A DNA stretch of 64,000 nt, taken from Saccostrea cucullata. Lineage: Eukaryota. Under the pieces are notes generated by a model. It made no database searches and was not told the DNA's origin. It saw nothing but the letters and a program-made list of their open reading frames with translations. Below are positions 12,086 to 26,501 of this stretch, in pieces; the first letter of the stretch is position 1, and each line of letters starts with the position of its first letter. The DNA is taken from positions 62,001 to 126,000 of the forward strand of contig NW_026928122.1 in the NCBI RefSeq assembly GCF_032062105.1. Direction: 5' to 3'. The position numbers were made by a program, and so were the translations under genes.

Positions 12086-14535
12086 GTAAGTAATTCTGTT
12101 AATTGATTAAGAACGGAGGTGCTATGTAATTTTTAACAAATTTAATTAATGTTAATGGGGAAAAAACTTAAAGATTAAAAACAATTAGTTTTATTTCCCT
12201 GTGTGGGGGTGTTAATTTACTTCAATTATTAACATAGCCTGCTCTTGTATTTAAAATTCTGAAAAAGGGGGTAGGTGAGAAGGGGGGGGGGGCAGTCAAT
12301 CAGCTAGTTGTATATCATGCTTTATTGTGTGTATTTTGTTTATTTCTCCGTTGAGGTCTGAACTATTCTATAATTTTTAAAAATAGAACTTACTGGTATA
12401 CCTGGGTATAATTGGAAACAACATCTTTCTCCAATATTCTAAAATGAGAATTAATAAATTTATTTGGTGTGGACTATATTCTTTTTAATGCATTACGTTC
12501 AGGAATACAGGATCAAGGTTTTTCTCAAACTTCTTGAATGCAAATACCATGTAGATATTTTTTTCTTCAAATTTAAGAATCATATATATTTTGATTTACA
12601 ATGTTTGTATATTTTTACATACAAAAATTAGCGCAGAATAAAACAATCGAGAAGTCCATATATCCTAATTAAGCTCTTTGAAATACGTTCTGTTTTGCAC
12701 TTTGTTATACCCTTTGAAACACTGTTTGTTTTACACACGTGCTTATTAGAATATTTCTCGTAAATATTATCAATATGCATTGAAATTAATATATACGATA
12801 CAGGTTGTGATGTGGAAAATGGTATGTATGAATGAAAAAGGTGAAGATATCGAACAGGGAACGATCTAAAAAAAATCATAATTAATTTAAAACAACACAA
12901 TTCTGTGAAGAAGACATAAAGCACAGAATCCTGGTGATTCCAGAGATGGGATCAGGGGCCTAATAGGAATAAGCAACCCCTGTAGACATGTCACACCCGC
13001 CGAATGCAAAGAAACAACCGCACAGGCATAGTTTATCAAAGAACAGGGACGTCAAATTAAGAGAATGCGAACAAAAAATTAGGTCATTATGAAAAGTAAT
13101 GATTTTAAATTCCCAAACTGGTATCAACACAGAAGATCTTCAGATATCAGTCTAGGAAGCTGTTATGGTTATTGTGACGTCAGGCATATCACATAATTAT
13201 GAAAACAAAACTTTTTATTAATTAAGAATGCAATAAATATATAAATGCATGTAAAATAAATGCGCTCGTGGCTTCACGGTCAATTTTAAAAATGCTCTGT
13301 GTTTAATTAGATATTCGGTCAAAGTTTTCGACTTGAAAATGAAATAACCTTACTATTCCAAGATATTTCGTTTTTATTTAAATAATTGATATACGTAGCA
13401 TATACTCGTATTCTATAATGTACTTGCTTTAAATGGACAATGTCTAAATAACTAATTTTGGTAGGAGAGCAAGGCATACATTTTATCATTCATTAATTAG
13501 ATTGGATGCTGTTTCTTTCTGCAGACACAAAGACTTGAACGTCATACGCTATCAATGGTATATCCATTTCTAAACATAGCTGCTTACAGCTTTGATATAA
13601 ATGTATATAGATATACAGTCAATGAAATTGCTTTGCGGTTGTTTTTTCCTCTCCAACAGTCCAAGATTAGAAGTAAAAAAATAGATTTCTTCACCTCCTA
13701 CTTAGACCGGTTATTCAATTGTCGTGCAACGTTCGCACAGCTTTTCACTTATAAGAAAACAGTTAATAAATTAATGTAGTTTTGACATAAATAATTTACT
13801 CAGGATTAACTATACTGTCATTTAGGCTTACGTCAATCGAGAGACATACAAAATGTTTGTTTGAATCGTCTATGAAAATTTTATGAACTGCGCTCATCAC
13901 AGATGGTAACTCAGCAATTTTCATTATATAGAAACCTAGCGTAGGTTTTTATTAATTGATGTGTTTTGAAATAGCATTGTTTATTTTTTTCTGATTGTTT
14001 CATTTGCTTTCATTTGTCCACGAAAGAGTGCATGTGTGACATCTTTCAGGTTACAGAGATATTCCCAAGACGACGCTTAAATCGATGACGTAAAATCAGT
14101 TAATTTGTGGTCTACGTCATTAATTTTCACAAAATAAGATCGACCCTTTTGATAAAACTCATTCTGAAAAAGATGCCAATCGATCAGTGTAAATTACAGA
14201 GAAAACAGTACTAGATATTGCTCCACTTTCATTACCACTGGGGAACACAATATACCTTGACGCACATTGCAGCTAATTTTTTCCTTGACAACAAATGCAG
14301 TCGAACGTCAAAATCACAGTATTAAATATTAAAAGATGGTAATGGTTCTCGTATTTCTATATGACTAGTTTTCAACATTTTTCATTATATCTCTTTATTA
14401 AGATTTATAAAAGCTCACCGATTTTGATGCGTTCATTGATCTAGGCACAGAGAGGAGAGAAAAGAGGAGGGTCGGGTATACCCGGTCAGGGCACAACCCC
14501 GCAAATTCGTCTCGATTCCAGACTCTCCCCTAGCC

Positions 14536-15044
14536 ATGGATGAACCCAGTCATAGCCTACCACTGGACACCTCTTTAACCAGATTAGAGTCCAGTGTCCC
14601 GATTTCAGATTCTTCATGTGTAAGACACCCCAGGAGATCTTCATGCGAGTATGAGTACAAGGGACCTGTAGGACAGTTCATTATGGATCCACAAGGACAC
14701 TCTTCTGTTTATTCTTATACCACAACTTCTTGGAGCGAGATGTTTGGGTCATCTACAGCTAGGGATGCGTACGGTCAAAATACCAGATACGATCCAGAGT
14801 TTGGGCCACAGGTTATGTCTAATCGATCAAGGCTTGGCAACAAAACTTCGAAGAGTTTGGACTTGGATTGCAGCTTGACACAATCCGTAATGTTGCCTCG
14901 TCGACAGAGTCTGGACGAAACTTTTCATCAGACTGCAAGTTCCAAAAATCCTGGTCCTTTTAGAGGACACAATGGTTCCTTTCAGAGGAGCACTCAGTCC
15001 TGTGTTGCAGATCAGACTCTTGTTCACAAGGAACATGCTAGCAG
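14536..15044 (+). CDS. Distal coding exon A (exon probably begins at 14445); Ser-rich N-terminal extension of the long isoform
   Basis: 170-codon ORF, more GC-rich than the flanks, with strong Kozak gccATGg, an upstream acceptor gatctag|G and a donor AG|gtaatg (phase 2). Confidence 0.75.
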
Positions 15045-15055
15045 GTAATGTTTAT

Positions 15056-15180
15056 ATCATGTTGTAAATTTTGAATTGACAAGGGAGAGGTAAATGCAAA
15101 ATTTACAACATGATACCTAGTTATCATGTTGTATAGTTTGCATTTACTTACCCCGAGTAAATTCAAAATTTACAACATTA
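15056..15180. mobile_element. Palindromic fold-back MITE-like element
   Basis: The two ~60-bp arms are reverse complements of each other, and each arm is itself bounded by atcatgttgtaaatttt / aaaatttacaacatgat-type inverted repeats. Confidence 0.65.
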
Positions 15181-15488
15181 TGTTTGTATGCAAGAGCAAG
15201 GAACAACATATGAACAATGAAGTCTATCATGGCATTCCATTTAAGTATGTTGATTTTCCTTTTTTCCAGCAAATTTATTTAAAGGAAAAACAATCACAAT
15301 TTCATTAATAATTTTCTGAATTCTTTTTATTTCTTCAAAATTTAGTACAGTCTTTGTTTTTTTATACTTCTCATATTATTTCTTCGTTATTACTAATATT
15401 TGATGAAGATTGTGGGGGGGGGGGGGGAATCAGTATAAAATAATATTTTGTTTAATAACTTGTTCAGAACTGTCTTCTCTTCTTGTAG

Positions 15489-15500
15489 GAGACCCTCAAA
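15489..15500 (+). CDS. 12-nt frame-preserving micro-exon (GAGACCCTCAAA)
   Basis: Long pyrimidine tract ctgtcttctcttcttgtag| and consensus donor |gtaagt. Phase 2-2 with no stop codon. Confidence 0.6.
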
Positions 15501-16306
15501 GTAAGTGTGTAACAAACAAGAACTTAAATTATATCTAAAAAAAAATGCAAAGAAACATTATAATTACAAATTAATTTTAACAGAATTCTATTTTTTCTGT
15601 TGCATTTTCATTAACGTGTCGAGTTGCCAAATTTTGAAAATATATGGCAGCATTATGATTCTATTTATTTGTTGACTTTTAGTCTTAAAAAGTTCCAACG
15701 GAGAAATTAAACTGCTGATGACTTTGCATTTTTGACCAAATATGGAAATGTGATATATAGAAAAAGTCAAAAACATTAACTTGGTTTTGAAATAGACAAA
15801 TGCCTTACTGTAGATTTACGATTAACTTAAATACTGCGCACTTGGGGAATTGTATTTAATAAATAATCATGGACTTCATAATCTTGCATTTAAGTAAAAC
15901 AATATTGAATTACAAAGAAAGAACATTAGGATGCATCGCTAGGGAGATAATTGTTTTTCGTAAACATTGAGTTATCAAGTGCGTGCGAACTAATACTATG
16001 AATAAATAAATGATATAAAAAAAAAAACATTGAAAAATTAATTGATTTTAAATTAAATTCAAAATTGGCCGAATTGGTTATTTAGGTATGTGTATTGTAC
16101 AGTAAATTATAATCATAAAACTGATAATCATAAAATAATCAAATATTAGTTGGAGGGAGTGTAGGATAGAATTAAAATATAGTTTGGTGTGACATATTCA
16201 ATTACTATCAGGTCTTTTATAGAATTTATTAAAGTAGTTGTACACGATTTTATAACAAAAAAAAATAATAATACTTTTAATGTTAAACAAGGCTATTTAT
16301 TTTTAG

Positions 16307-16810
16307 ATCGGCGACGTATGGTTCCAGGGGAAATTCACAAGAAACTTTTGGTCTATCGACATGTATGTTTCCAGAAACGCAGACGTCTGCGCCCCATCCT
16401 AACACTGAACCCCTCAAACATCAGTCTAGACAGAAACTTCATCATCATCGTCACCTTACAACCGGAGGAGAGTTTACCAGGACCTATCCGTATCCCTACT
16501 TAGATATAAAAACCGAACCCGTGGATCCGCCGGGGACAAGCCAATCTCAATACAGCGAGCAAAGCGGAAGGGTAGAACCTTTAGTAAACTTACCGGAGGG
16601 TTTCTATAATTCGACTTATGGCAGTGACAATACTTATGATGCTCTGTATAAGCAAGCAAGTCGTTCAGAAGGGGGTCAAATGTATGGATTCCAGAAGGGA
16701 CGCAAGTCGAAAACTAGACACCCTCTTCTGCCATCTACCAGTAAGGAAGACTCGGAGGATACGACAAACATCTTCTCGGCTTCGGCCGGTGACAGGGCAC
16801 TTTTAATAGG
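16307..16810 (+). CDS. Distal coding exon B of the long isoform
   Basis: Acceptor tttatttttag|A puts exon A in frame with the ORF at 16365. Donor GG|gtaggt at 16811 is phase 2, matching the bHLH exon acceptor at 34516. Confidence 0.75.
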
Positions 16811-16835
16811 GTAGGTTTCTGTTCTTGTTTCGCTG

Positions 16836-16840
<5 letters not shown>

Positions 16841-16917
<77 letters not shown>
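16841..16917. repeat. (TA)n microsatellite, about 38 units
   Basis: Pure TA run. Confidence 0.98.
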
Positions 16918-16922
<5 letters not shown>

Positions 16923-19900
16923 GTGTCACGAATAAAAGCTGTTTGACACTTATTGCAGGCGTAATGATTGTTGTCTTGAAATCAACATGTTAACAATTCA
17001 AATGAATGAATGTAAAATGTCCGTACACGGGTATACGAGGGTTGTTTAATGTTGATGTATATCTGTATATTTAGCGGGGGAAGTAAAGTGTACCAGGTTA
17101 TTCTATGTTATCGTATAATCTTCTACGTCTTCATATATTAAAAGACGTAAATTAAGAATTATCGGGAAAAATCAAAATAAGTAGGTCCAGCAGTTCAAAT
17201 TTTGATCAGTACACAAGTCAATTATAAAAAAAGCTTAAGTTTAAAAATTTCTTTTTCTACATCTAGAATCCCCTTTGATTGATTGTAGAAGTGAGAATAA
17301 AATGATACTCAAGGCTATGTATACTTATGATCGATTGTTACCATGTAGCACGAGGTCAACGGAGTAAAACTGGGGAAAATAAAGAACAATAACTCGTATA
17401 TGCTTGTTATTATATACAGTTCTTGTTATTTATCTTGTGGGTCTCCGAACCTTTGTTGTAAAATTTTTCTACGATGATTTTTTTTTTTGGTCAGTATAGT
17501 TAACTATTTACTAGTCACACTGGATAAATAACTTTTACTTGGTATTCAGTAGTATATAATACGTCCCAACTTTTTACCAGTCGAACCACTCGAAAGACCT
17601 CAATTTACTCTTGGCTGATTTTCCATCTTTTAAAACACACAACTCTTTGTTATTTTTTTTTTATCATAAACAAAAAGAATATGCATATTGTCAATTTCAA
17701 AAATTTTCAAGAGAGCAGAGTTAAAGCAAAGTCGTTGTATATGTACGTGTACTTATTAAAGCAACTAATCTAAATCTATTTTAAGTCTAATCTAGTCACC
17801 TTGATCAAATGATAAAAGCGCGATTCACATGGAGTAAATTTGTTGGAGTTGGGAATGAGGGTTAGTACAAACTTTTTTTCTTAAAGATTTGATTTTTTTA
17901 TCGTAGATACCATTTGTTAATGTTTTACCATGGCAAAATTGTTTTTTTTTCCTCGAAATATTAAAATCGATACCTTTGTAATGTAACGTATATTTTACAA
18001 AAGTTAAAATTCTGAAGATACAATTTTCTTTCATCTGAAAAAGAGAAAGGGGTACTAACTGCATGTGTTCGAGATATTCTCCTAATTAAAAACTCGAGAT
18101 ACAGATTATAGCATATTGAGCTAGTGATAAAGACCTACCTTTATCGAATATAACAATATACAGTAACTTGCATAAGTAGACAAAAAATGCAACAGAAAAG
18201 CTGGTTTTTCTTCTTTGATAATAAAATCATAGTACCTGACGAGGTAAAAGCCCCATGGAAGTTGCATGTTTCTGAATCCTGTAAGATTTTTACAGATACT
18301 AATTATAAGTACTGAGTAAAATATGTAAGATTGCAAATAATTGAGACGCATTTTTATTAATCACAATACGGTGTGTTTTCAATGCAGTTTTCTTTAATAG
18401 TTGATTTTGCAAAAAAAAAATCATGCAGGGAATTTCATGTAAAAGAAAGTTTATCTTACGAAGTTTTTTCATCCGAGTTATTGCCTTGGCCGCCATCTTT
18501 TAAGACAGTGTTTGATCATGTTTGGCAAGAAATAAATGGTGAAAAATCCTAACATGTATGTATATAATGTATATAAAGCAATTATGAATTAAAAAATGCT
18601 TTAACAACGGTTCATAATAATAGTGTGTTATCTATACTGGAGTGCCAAGTATAAACAATTCTATGATTAACTTGGTTGACTACTGAAGGAAACTTAAAAT
18701 ATGGCGCCCAATGGGAAGTAACCCTTGCTTAAATCACTTCAATAATTGTGTTTATTTGCCCTCTCTCAACTCAGGATTGAAGAAATTAGGTCGATATGTA
18801 TGTGCCCCAATCCCCGATATTGTTTAACATCAATGCTGAATTTCCTACAAGAAATACAGGTAATTTTTGTTTCCGCAGGTTAAACAGTTTTCAACAGAGA
18901 TATTTTTATATCGGTCGGGAGAGGGTAAACAGTCTTTTGAAAGATGGCCCAAATGCTTAATTCTTGCAAAACAAAAATTTCATCAAGTAAGAATACATGC
19001 GCGAAGCCGTGTTAATACAGGTTTAAAATTAAAATAACACAACATGGAATGACGTAATTACTACATGTTGATTATTCTGGACAGTTTTAAAGCACCGTTT
19101 TGCAAGGAATTTATATATTATTATATATACGGCTATTATATATGTATTTAAACAAAAAAAATGATACTATCGTCCTTGTGGTGTAAGTGACGTTTAAGTA
19201 CTGGTATATCTGTCAACAGAATAAAAAATAGATAAAAATCGCGCTATTTTAAACACAAAGATCCACTATCTAGTGTCAAGGGTGTGGCCGGAATATATGT
19301 ATATATAAATATATCTTTGAATTCAACCCGACGTGTAAAACATTGACATCGAGAGACTGCTCATATCCCTCCGTAAATAACATAAGCTATCTAATAATAT
19401 TGTCTTACAAAGGGATCTCACAGAGGGAGCACACAGCTTCGGTGATCCTCCGTAACCATGAAATTAATATACGACTTGTATCTCTAATAACATCACAACA
19501 AACTTACCTTAAAAGGAAAAAAATGTGGAGTACGTGCAATCATTTACGTAAATGCGAAAGAAACCTTGTTATATTATATCTTGCAAAGGAATTCTATATG
19601 GGGTCAGTTTTTCCCCTTTCTTCTTACTTAAAAATAATACATTGACGTGTTAAAACTATTTTATAATCAAAGGAACAAAGAAAAAAACACATGCATGTAG
19701 AAAAGACACTATCTAGCTTACTTTGAGAGAAAAAAAGTTAAGTACGTGCAATACATCACATCAGCTAGGAACATTTAAGAATTTGTTAGGAAGGATTGTT
19801 TTCGCAGTCTGTCACCAGGTAAAAGGAAAATGGATTATTCTCAGGTATAAAATATGAATTATTCCTTGTCAACTGGAAAATGGTGAATATTTTTCTGTGA

Positions 19901-22295
19901 ACTGTGTTCTCCAACTCTAAAAAAATATATTTTGGTCAAAATACGGTATATTTCTAACTTGAATCATTCAAAGGTTCGACACTATTTCATTTGCAGTTGG
20001 ACAAGATGTTGAAAAAAAGAGCAGTTATATAATAGCTACAAAGAAGCTGAGAAAAAAGAGGCAAATATAAATTCACGTACAAATATGTATAGTTGTCTTA
20101 TTTTAAAGGTAAAAGTACTGATTTCGGTAAATACACTGTAATTTTGCAATATTAATTTGACTTTATTTGACGGCAGCTTTTTCCCCGTTTAAATGATTTA
20201 ATTAAGTGATAAAATTTCTTTAAAGTTAAAAGAGACTATGTTTATATGAAATTTTGATTTGATATAAATCCATCTCAACGAAATCCTGATGCCAAATCTA
20301 ATTATGAGGAATAAAATATTCATAAAATTAAACGTCTCTACTTTGAAGATACACGTACCGGTTTCATCTGGTAAATTTGTTAAAAATGCTAACGATTTCA
20401 TTTTAATCCACTGTGCCAGTAGGGAAATGGGTCAAGTTTCATACATAATTTGAAAGGAGACAAAGATTTTCATTCTTGTAATGAATTAATTCAAACCGCT
20501 CTCATAATATCTCTATAGATTACTGCTGTCTTTTCTTTTTCTACAGATTTGAGAGAAAGTATTATCTAATAGTTATATAAGCAATAGAAGTCTTGGTCAA
20601 TTTTTATCCATTAATCATTCAGAATTAAATATACATATATGAAAGGGATTGTTCTTCCAAAGCTTTTTTTGTCATCTGTAAAAATTAGCGAAAAAGAAAT
20701 ATTGAACTTGAGACCCGAAGGTGTTTCATTTGTTTCTGAAAAATAAAACCTGAAAATTAAAAAGCCTGTTAAAGCGCTATTGACGTAACTGCAGAAGAGA
20801 TCCTTGTGAATTTTCTCCTCTTTTTTTCTTCTGAAGACCATCAAATTCCGTGGAATTTGTCGAAAAGGCTCAGGTATCAGCTAAGTTGATTGATTTGCCT
20901 TGCTGTCAGAACCTTAATGTGTTTCATTAAAAATAATAGTAATAATTCCTAGAACCATGTGTTGGCGCTGCTTCAATATACATTGTTAAGATAAAATAGT
21001 CTGACATCAAGGTATTGATAAAGATGATGTACGATGTTGCGTTGAAATAATTACTGACATTCAAGTTTGTAGATCTCACACACAGTTTCCTTGTGATGAA
21101 CTGAATTGATAATTTTTTTTTCTTACCCCTTAAGAAGATGACCAAGTCCAAAACAGGTTAAAAATATTAACTGAAATTGATGGTTTACACATCTTCGCGG
21201 CTTTTTTCCCTGTGAAAATAAATTTAATGGCAGTGAAAGGTAGTTAAAGTACAAAACACGCTTTTAAAATATGCAGTTGGGTTAAAATGTCATACAAGTA
21301 CAATGGTATAAATGTGAAGTTTTTTTTAAATTACTCAACTAAAAGTGCCAGTTTAAGTAATTCAAACTGCAGAATGACTGACGTAATGCTTTATACATCA
21401 ATATCGATTTTATTTTATATGTTTTTCTTAATTTATTGAAGATAAATAAATGTACATAAATATCGTAAATCAACACGGAAGTACACAGTAAAATCTTCTG
21501 GTAGCAAAATGTGAACCTTATAAATAAAATTAAAATCTATTTATCATAACAAGTTCTGTGGTTTTTAAGAGGGGAAGACAAGAACATTGTCAATCAGCTG
21601 GTATCGTATAAACGACCGATGATCTTCGATGGGATTGTATTCAGTTCACAGTTATAACTGTCACCCGTTCGTCAATGCCGTACCTAATCAACCCCCTGTC
21701 AGTTACTTCGTATTGTTTTAAGACACTGCTGTCAATTCTTGCGGTTATGATAATATACGCTCTGTTGTTCAGGGGGGAACATTCCGAGAAAGGTGTATAA
21801 TTTGTCTGCTCCATAGATATAACATATGTATATTATATTCATGATATAATATAAATCTTTTTTTTTTCAACATCTGCTTTGGAGGAAACTTGTTTAATCT
21901 GCAAATGTTATTTATCATTGCAAAAGAAATGGTACGGCAACCGCCGTCTTCTTATTTTTTTTTTTCAAATGAAGAGAAGTTAAAATTCATTTTGATAACT
22001 AAGACCGAACACCTTCTATGATAAATATTTTTATTTTGGAATATAGATCTAGAATTTGACTAAACAAGACAGTCTTTATAACGAACTTTTTACGCAATTT
22101 ATTAGACTAATACTGAATACGCTTTTTGAACGAATCCTTCATGCAAACATCAAACATGCTTTGCATAGCATAAATTTATACCAGAAAATTAGATGCGCTG
22201 TGCATGTGCACATAAATGTTAATAACCGGTAGATGGCATTAGACCTAATAAATTAAGGGAGAAAAAAAAATACTAGCTAGAGAGAGTGAAGTTGT

Positions 22296-22298
<3 letters not shown>

Positions 22299-22331
<33 letters not shown>
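22299..22331. repeat. (AG)n microsatellite
   Basis: Pure AG run. Confidence 0.95.
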
Positions 22332-22333
<2 letters not shown>

Positions 22334-24639
22334 TATTAGTGCAGTCTTTTTCTAAATAATGTTGTTGTATTCTGTTATGCTCATACGATGGAAATACCAC
22401 AAATACAACCTTGCTTCCTCAATATAGTGTATTTTTAGAGCCACTTAAAAACTCTATATTTGGGAACAAACAAAATCTGCTGATCAGTAAACCATTGTTA
22501 AGTTACACTCGTTAGACGTCAGTAGTTTTTTTTTTTTTGTTGAAAAAGGGGATTCCCCTTAGTTCAATTTCAATTTCCTTTTACTATTTTGTGTGTGTGT
22601 GTGTTTACACAGTGTATAACAGAGGTCACAAGTCAAGATGACAGACAAGTATCTCAGCTGTCATTATGATCTGAAGAATAATTCATGAGCGGTTTGGTAT
22701 TATGTATTGTTGCCAGCGGGCACCGCCTTAAGAAGAATAAAACACACAGAACCAACCCGAAACATTGCCGGAGGCTGTAGGTCTTGGGCAAAAGGTTTTA
22801 CTGAAGACAAGTTTTTTTTTATCTCTTTCTTCTATTGAAAAGTGGTTGTATTTTCTACTGGCTACACTCATGCTATAAGTTGCATGAACCTTAAGATTTT
22901 TTTTTAATAAGATTTAAAAAATTTTATTTGAATAATGATCTCTTTTGAAAATGCAGGACAAAATATAAAGAAAGAAACTAAATAAATTAATATCAGTATG
23001 AATTTGCAGTAAATCATACATTGCTATACTCTTATTTAAAAAACACATATTGTAATATTTGCGTCAGTTTGATTGTAATCTTTTCGTCAACTCTATACAT
23101 TTGTTAAAATGACAAGTCCGCGGCCACGTCGACGTTTTGTGTCAGGCAAGCATCGGTACCATGCATTAAACTTTACCCAAAAGTAATTAATTCTTTTCTA
23201 CGTTAACTTGTTTTTATTTTAAAGTAGAAATTGCCAGCCGGAGAGAATCCTTGTAGGCTACGATTGTGATCTTTTTACATTGGTAATGCTTTCTCTTCAT
23301 ACATAAATCGTCTTACTGCATCATTACATCTGTTTTAAAAGAGCATAATAAAAATTGATCCATCGCATCTCTCTGATGCATTGATAGTCATTTTTTTTTC
23401 TTTTCCGTTTTTCTCGTGAGAAACAAGGAAAAGTTTATTAGAAAAAAATTTATAAAAGGGCGTTTGATCACTAGAGACAAGTTCATTTTACAATTGTTAA
23501 ATTTGTACTAAACACGGAACTCCACTGGGTATTATGTAGAGGTCATGCAATGTTTTGATGTCCAGGTTTTAAGTCCTGACCGCTGACGTGTGTCCTGTTT
23601 GTGTGTGTTGTTTACATATTCTAATCGAAAATTACGCAGTCGATATTGTACAGGGTTGAATGTGCAACAAGGTTTATAGTTCCGCCACTGTATCCAAAAC
23701 ACCACAGGATCACACCACGGCTGGGTTTTCTTTTCAAAGAGACTCGTATAATCAGGGTACTTTAAAAAGTTTATGAAATAATTATTAGACCAAGAAATCA
23801 CCACCCACGACTCTATGAATTTTATGAGGTATTTAAATCTATTATGAAAATCTTCTAGACCGATTGTAGAAAAAGACATACGTCACAGTAAATAATACGT
23901 AGATATTCATCCATTTAAATTTTAAGACCACAAAGGGTATTGGAAAATCAAGTACATTTTTTTTGGCAATTCAAGATGTTCGGAATGTGCGCACATGCAA
24001 GTAACAAAAAATACACACATTTCCTTGTGGCACATCAGATGAATTATTAGAATAAAATGAATGTAAACGATGTAAAACCAGGTAAAACATTAGGGCTTCA
24101 TACATTTTTGTGAGAGAGGTCGCAATATAGAACATTCTAGAAACCGAATTAAGGCAACATTACGAGATCAAGTCTTTATGAGCCTAATGCGCTGATCAAG
24201 TAGAATTGACATTGCGAGTTGCATATATTAATATCGTTATCCATATGCATAAGAAAGTTTCCTTACACCTATAAATCAGCGTTTGCATTTTTTGCCGAAT
24301 GTTGCACATCATGCAATAATAAATGTTTTACGTCTGTCTAATGAAAGCCAAAGCACTGTATTATATTCGCGGTGACAGATCCCTCCCTAAATACTATAAA
24401 GCTACTACTTGTACTTATGTCTCAACCGTGAATACCTCCTCTCAAAAGAACTGAACGAATCAAACATCATATTTTTGAAGGAACCTCTATTTGCATAAAC
24501 AAGATGGTTTATCTTATATTTTTCTCGTGCACTCCATATTTTGGACAATCAGATGAAAAATCCTAATTTCTAGAGTTTAAAGAATAAGACGGTAAAGCTA
24601 AGATTTATTTAATGAAAAACTCCCTAAATTGGTTGCATT

Positions 24640-24895
24640 TTGCATCCGTTTGATAGTCAAGGAGTGAGGAACTGATCCTTAAGTCACGGATCCAAATTCC
24701 AATTCGGGACGTGGAGACCGATCCTTCGGATGAGGAGGTCCCGTGTCGCACTAGGTTATGGCACGAAAAAAAACATCCCTCACTGCTCAATGACCTTGAG
24801 TGCCGAGTATAGGTCAAATTTGCAGCCTTTCAACGGTTATAATGATGGTGTAGCAATATGGGAAAAATTCCAGAAAGGGACGCTCAACAATGTAC
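24640..24895 (+). mobile_element. SINE copy, degenerate
   Basis: ccttcggatgag..gaggtcccgtgtcgca..ggcacg..atccctcactgctcaatg..gggacgctcaacaat. Confidence 0.75.
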
Positions 24896-25494
24896 AAGTA
24901 GTCGAACAAATTGTTCTTTTGATTGGATGGATCAGTTGGCCTTGGATTTAGATGAATCGGATTGCAAAACCCAATTATGTCTCGTATTGTAGTCTCTAAG
25001 TTTGGATGATTCTGATGGTAAATCTGATAACCCGTCATTCATATGGACCACATTCTAGTTCATATGCATCAGATTATGAATATATTATGTATATATATAA
25101 TATCTCTGTTTCGATAAAGCAAATGTTACTTCTAAAAAAACAAAATCTCGCTCACACTGTCACAGCAATCTCTAGTATATGGTAAACCCTAGATATATCT
25201 CAATATTGCATTCTCTAGTTTGGATGACTGAAACGGAATTAATTTAGAAGACTAACATGGCAGAGCAAAACTAATTTACTATGCATCAAAGAATTGAAGT
25301 TTCTAGTTTAGTTGAAATCAATGGTAAATTAAAGAATCTCTCTCGTAAAAGTCTGTACTTGTGTTTTGTTATAATGGGATGCGATCGATCCAAAATGAAC
25401 TTCGAAATGTACTCTCTAGTTTGGATGAATCAGACTGGAGATCTGTTGCACTATCTAAGTTGAATGTACATGTGTCTAGTTTTTCCCCTTTTTT

Positions 25495-25750
25495 CTTTTT
25501 GGTTAAATGTCCCTCTCGATATCTCCACTCGCCGTCGGAGGACTGCAAATTAAGTCATACTCAACACTCAGTGTTATTGAGCAATAGGGATATTTTTCGT
25601 GTCAGCACCTACGGCGACAAGGGACCTCGGTTTATGCGTTCTCCTCCGAAGAAACAGTCTCCATGTTTTGCAGTAGGATTTGAATCCGCAATTTAAAGAT
25701 TAACTCCTTACTTGGCGACTCCGAAGCAAACCACTACGCCACACAGGCGA
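25495..25750 (-). mobile_element. SINE copy, degenerate
   Basis: Reverse complement of the same core (gggacctcggttta; ggatttgaatcc; accactacgccaca). Confidence 0.7.
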
Positions 25751-26264
25751 GTGAATGAACTTGATGACAGAGTATCGCTATTTCTGTTTTAATCAGAAAG
25801 TCAAAATCATTCTCATGTTGCTTTCTCCGGTTTGGATGGCATTTGGAGGAATAGGATTACAGAATCAAAAGACATCCTTTAACTTTAAAGTATTTAGTAT
25901 CTTATCTGGCTGATTCCAATGGTAAAAGTTCAGTAATATTGTCAATTTTGTTTGGGTTTGAAAATCTTAAAATCAATCTCACGTAGTACTCTGTTAATCT
26001 ACAATCCATCACATGTAGCTATCTCTGTTTCAATGATATTGTTGTACTTGCAAGTCTGCAATTGATTTTATGTTGCACCGTCTTCAGATTGCATCAACCA
26101 GAGGATAATTAGATGACCCAGGTGTTAGTATACTTTTTTAACTTCCTTCCTTTTTTTCTGTAGAATTAGAAAAACAATATATTAGTACTTCATGTACCAT
26201 TGTATTTTCCTGCTCTCTAGACAGGTAGTAGAACCATTCATTTAAAATTCATCTTCAGCTTGAC

Positions 26265-26466
26265 AAGGGTCTTTCGAATGCAGCCTTATAAACCGAGGTC
26301 CCTTTGTCATAGCAGGCGTTAGCACAATAACGATCCCTCACTGCTTACTGCAGTAATGGCCCTGAATGCGGAGTAAATTTCTAAGTTTGAAGCGTTTCAT
26401 CGGACCCCTATATGGAAGTGAAAATTCTCGAAAGGGACGTAAAACAAAATACATAAAATCAATCAA
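26265..26466 (+). mobile_element. 5'-truncated SINE with a 10-bp TSD
   Basis: Core aaaccgaggtccc..gatccctcactgct, (AATC)n tail, and TSD TCAGCTTGAC at 26255-26264 and 26467-26476. Confidence 0.75.
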
Positions 26467-26501
26467 TCAGCTTGACTTCTATACTTGAATTCTATATTTG
26501 T

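Noticed and set aside
18701-18717. Third alternative first exon ATGGCGCCCAATGGGAA|gtaacc (phase 2)
   Set aside because: Phase-compatible, but the donor is weak and promoter support is unclear; not supportable without transcripts.
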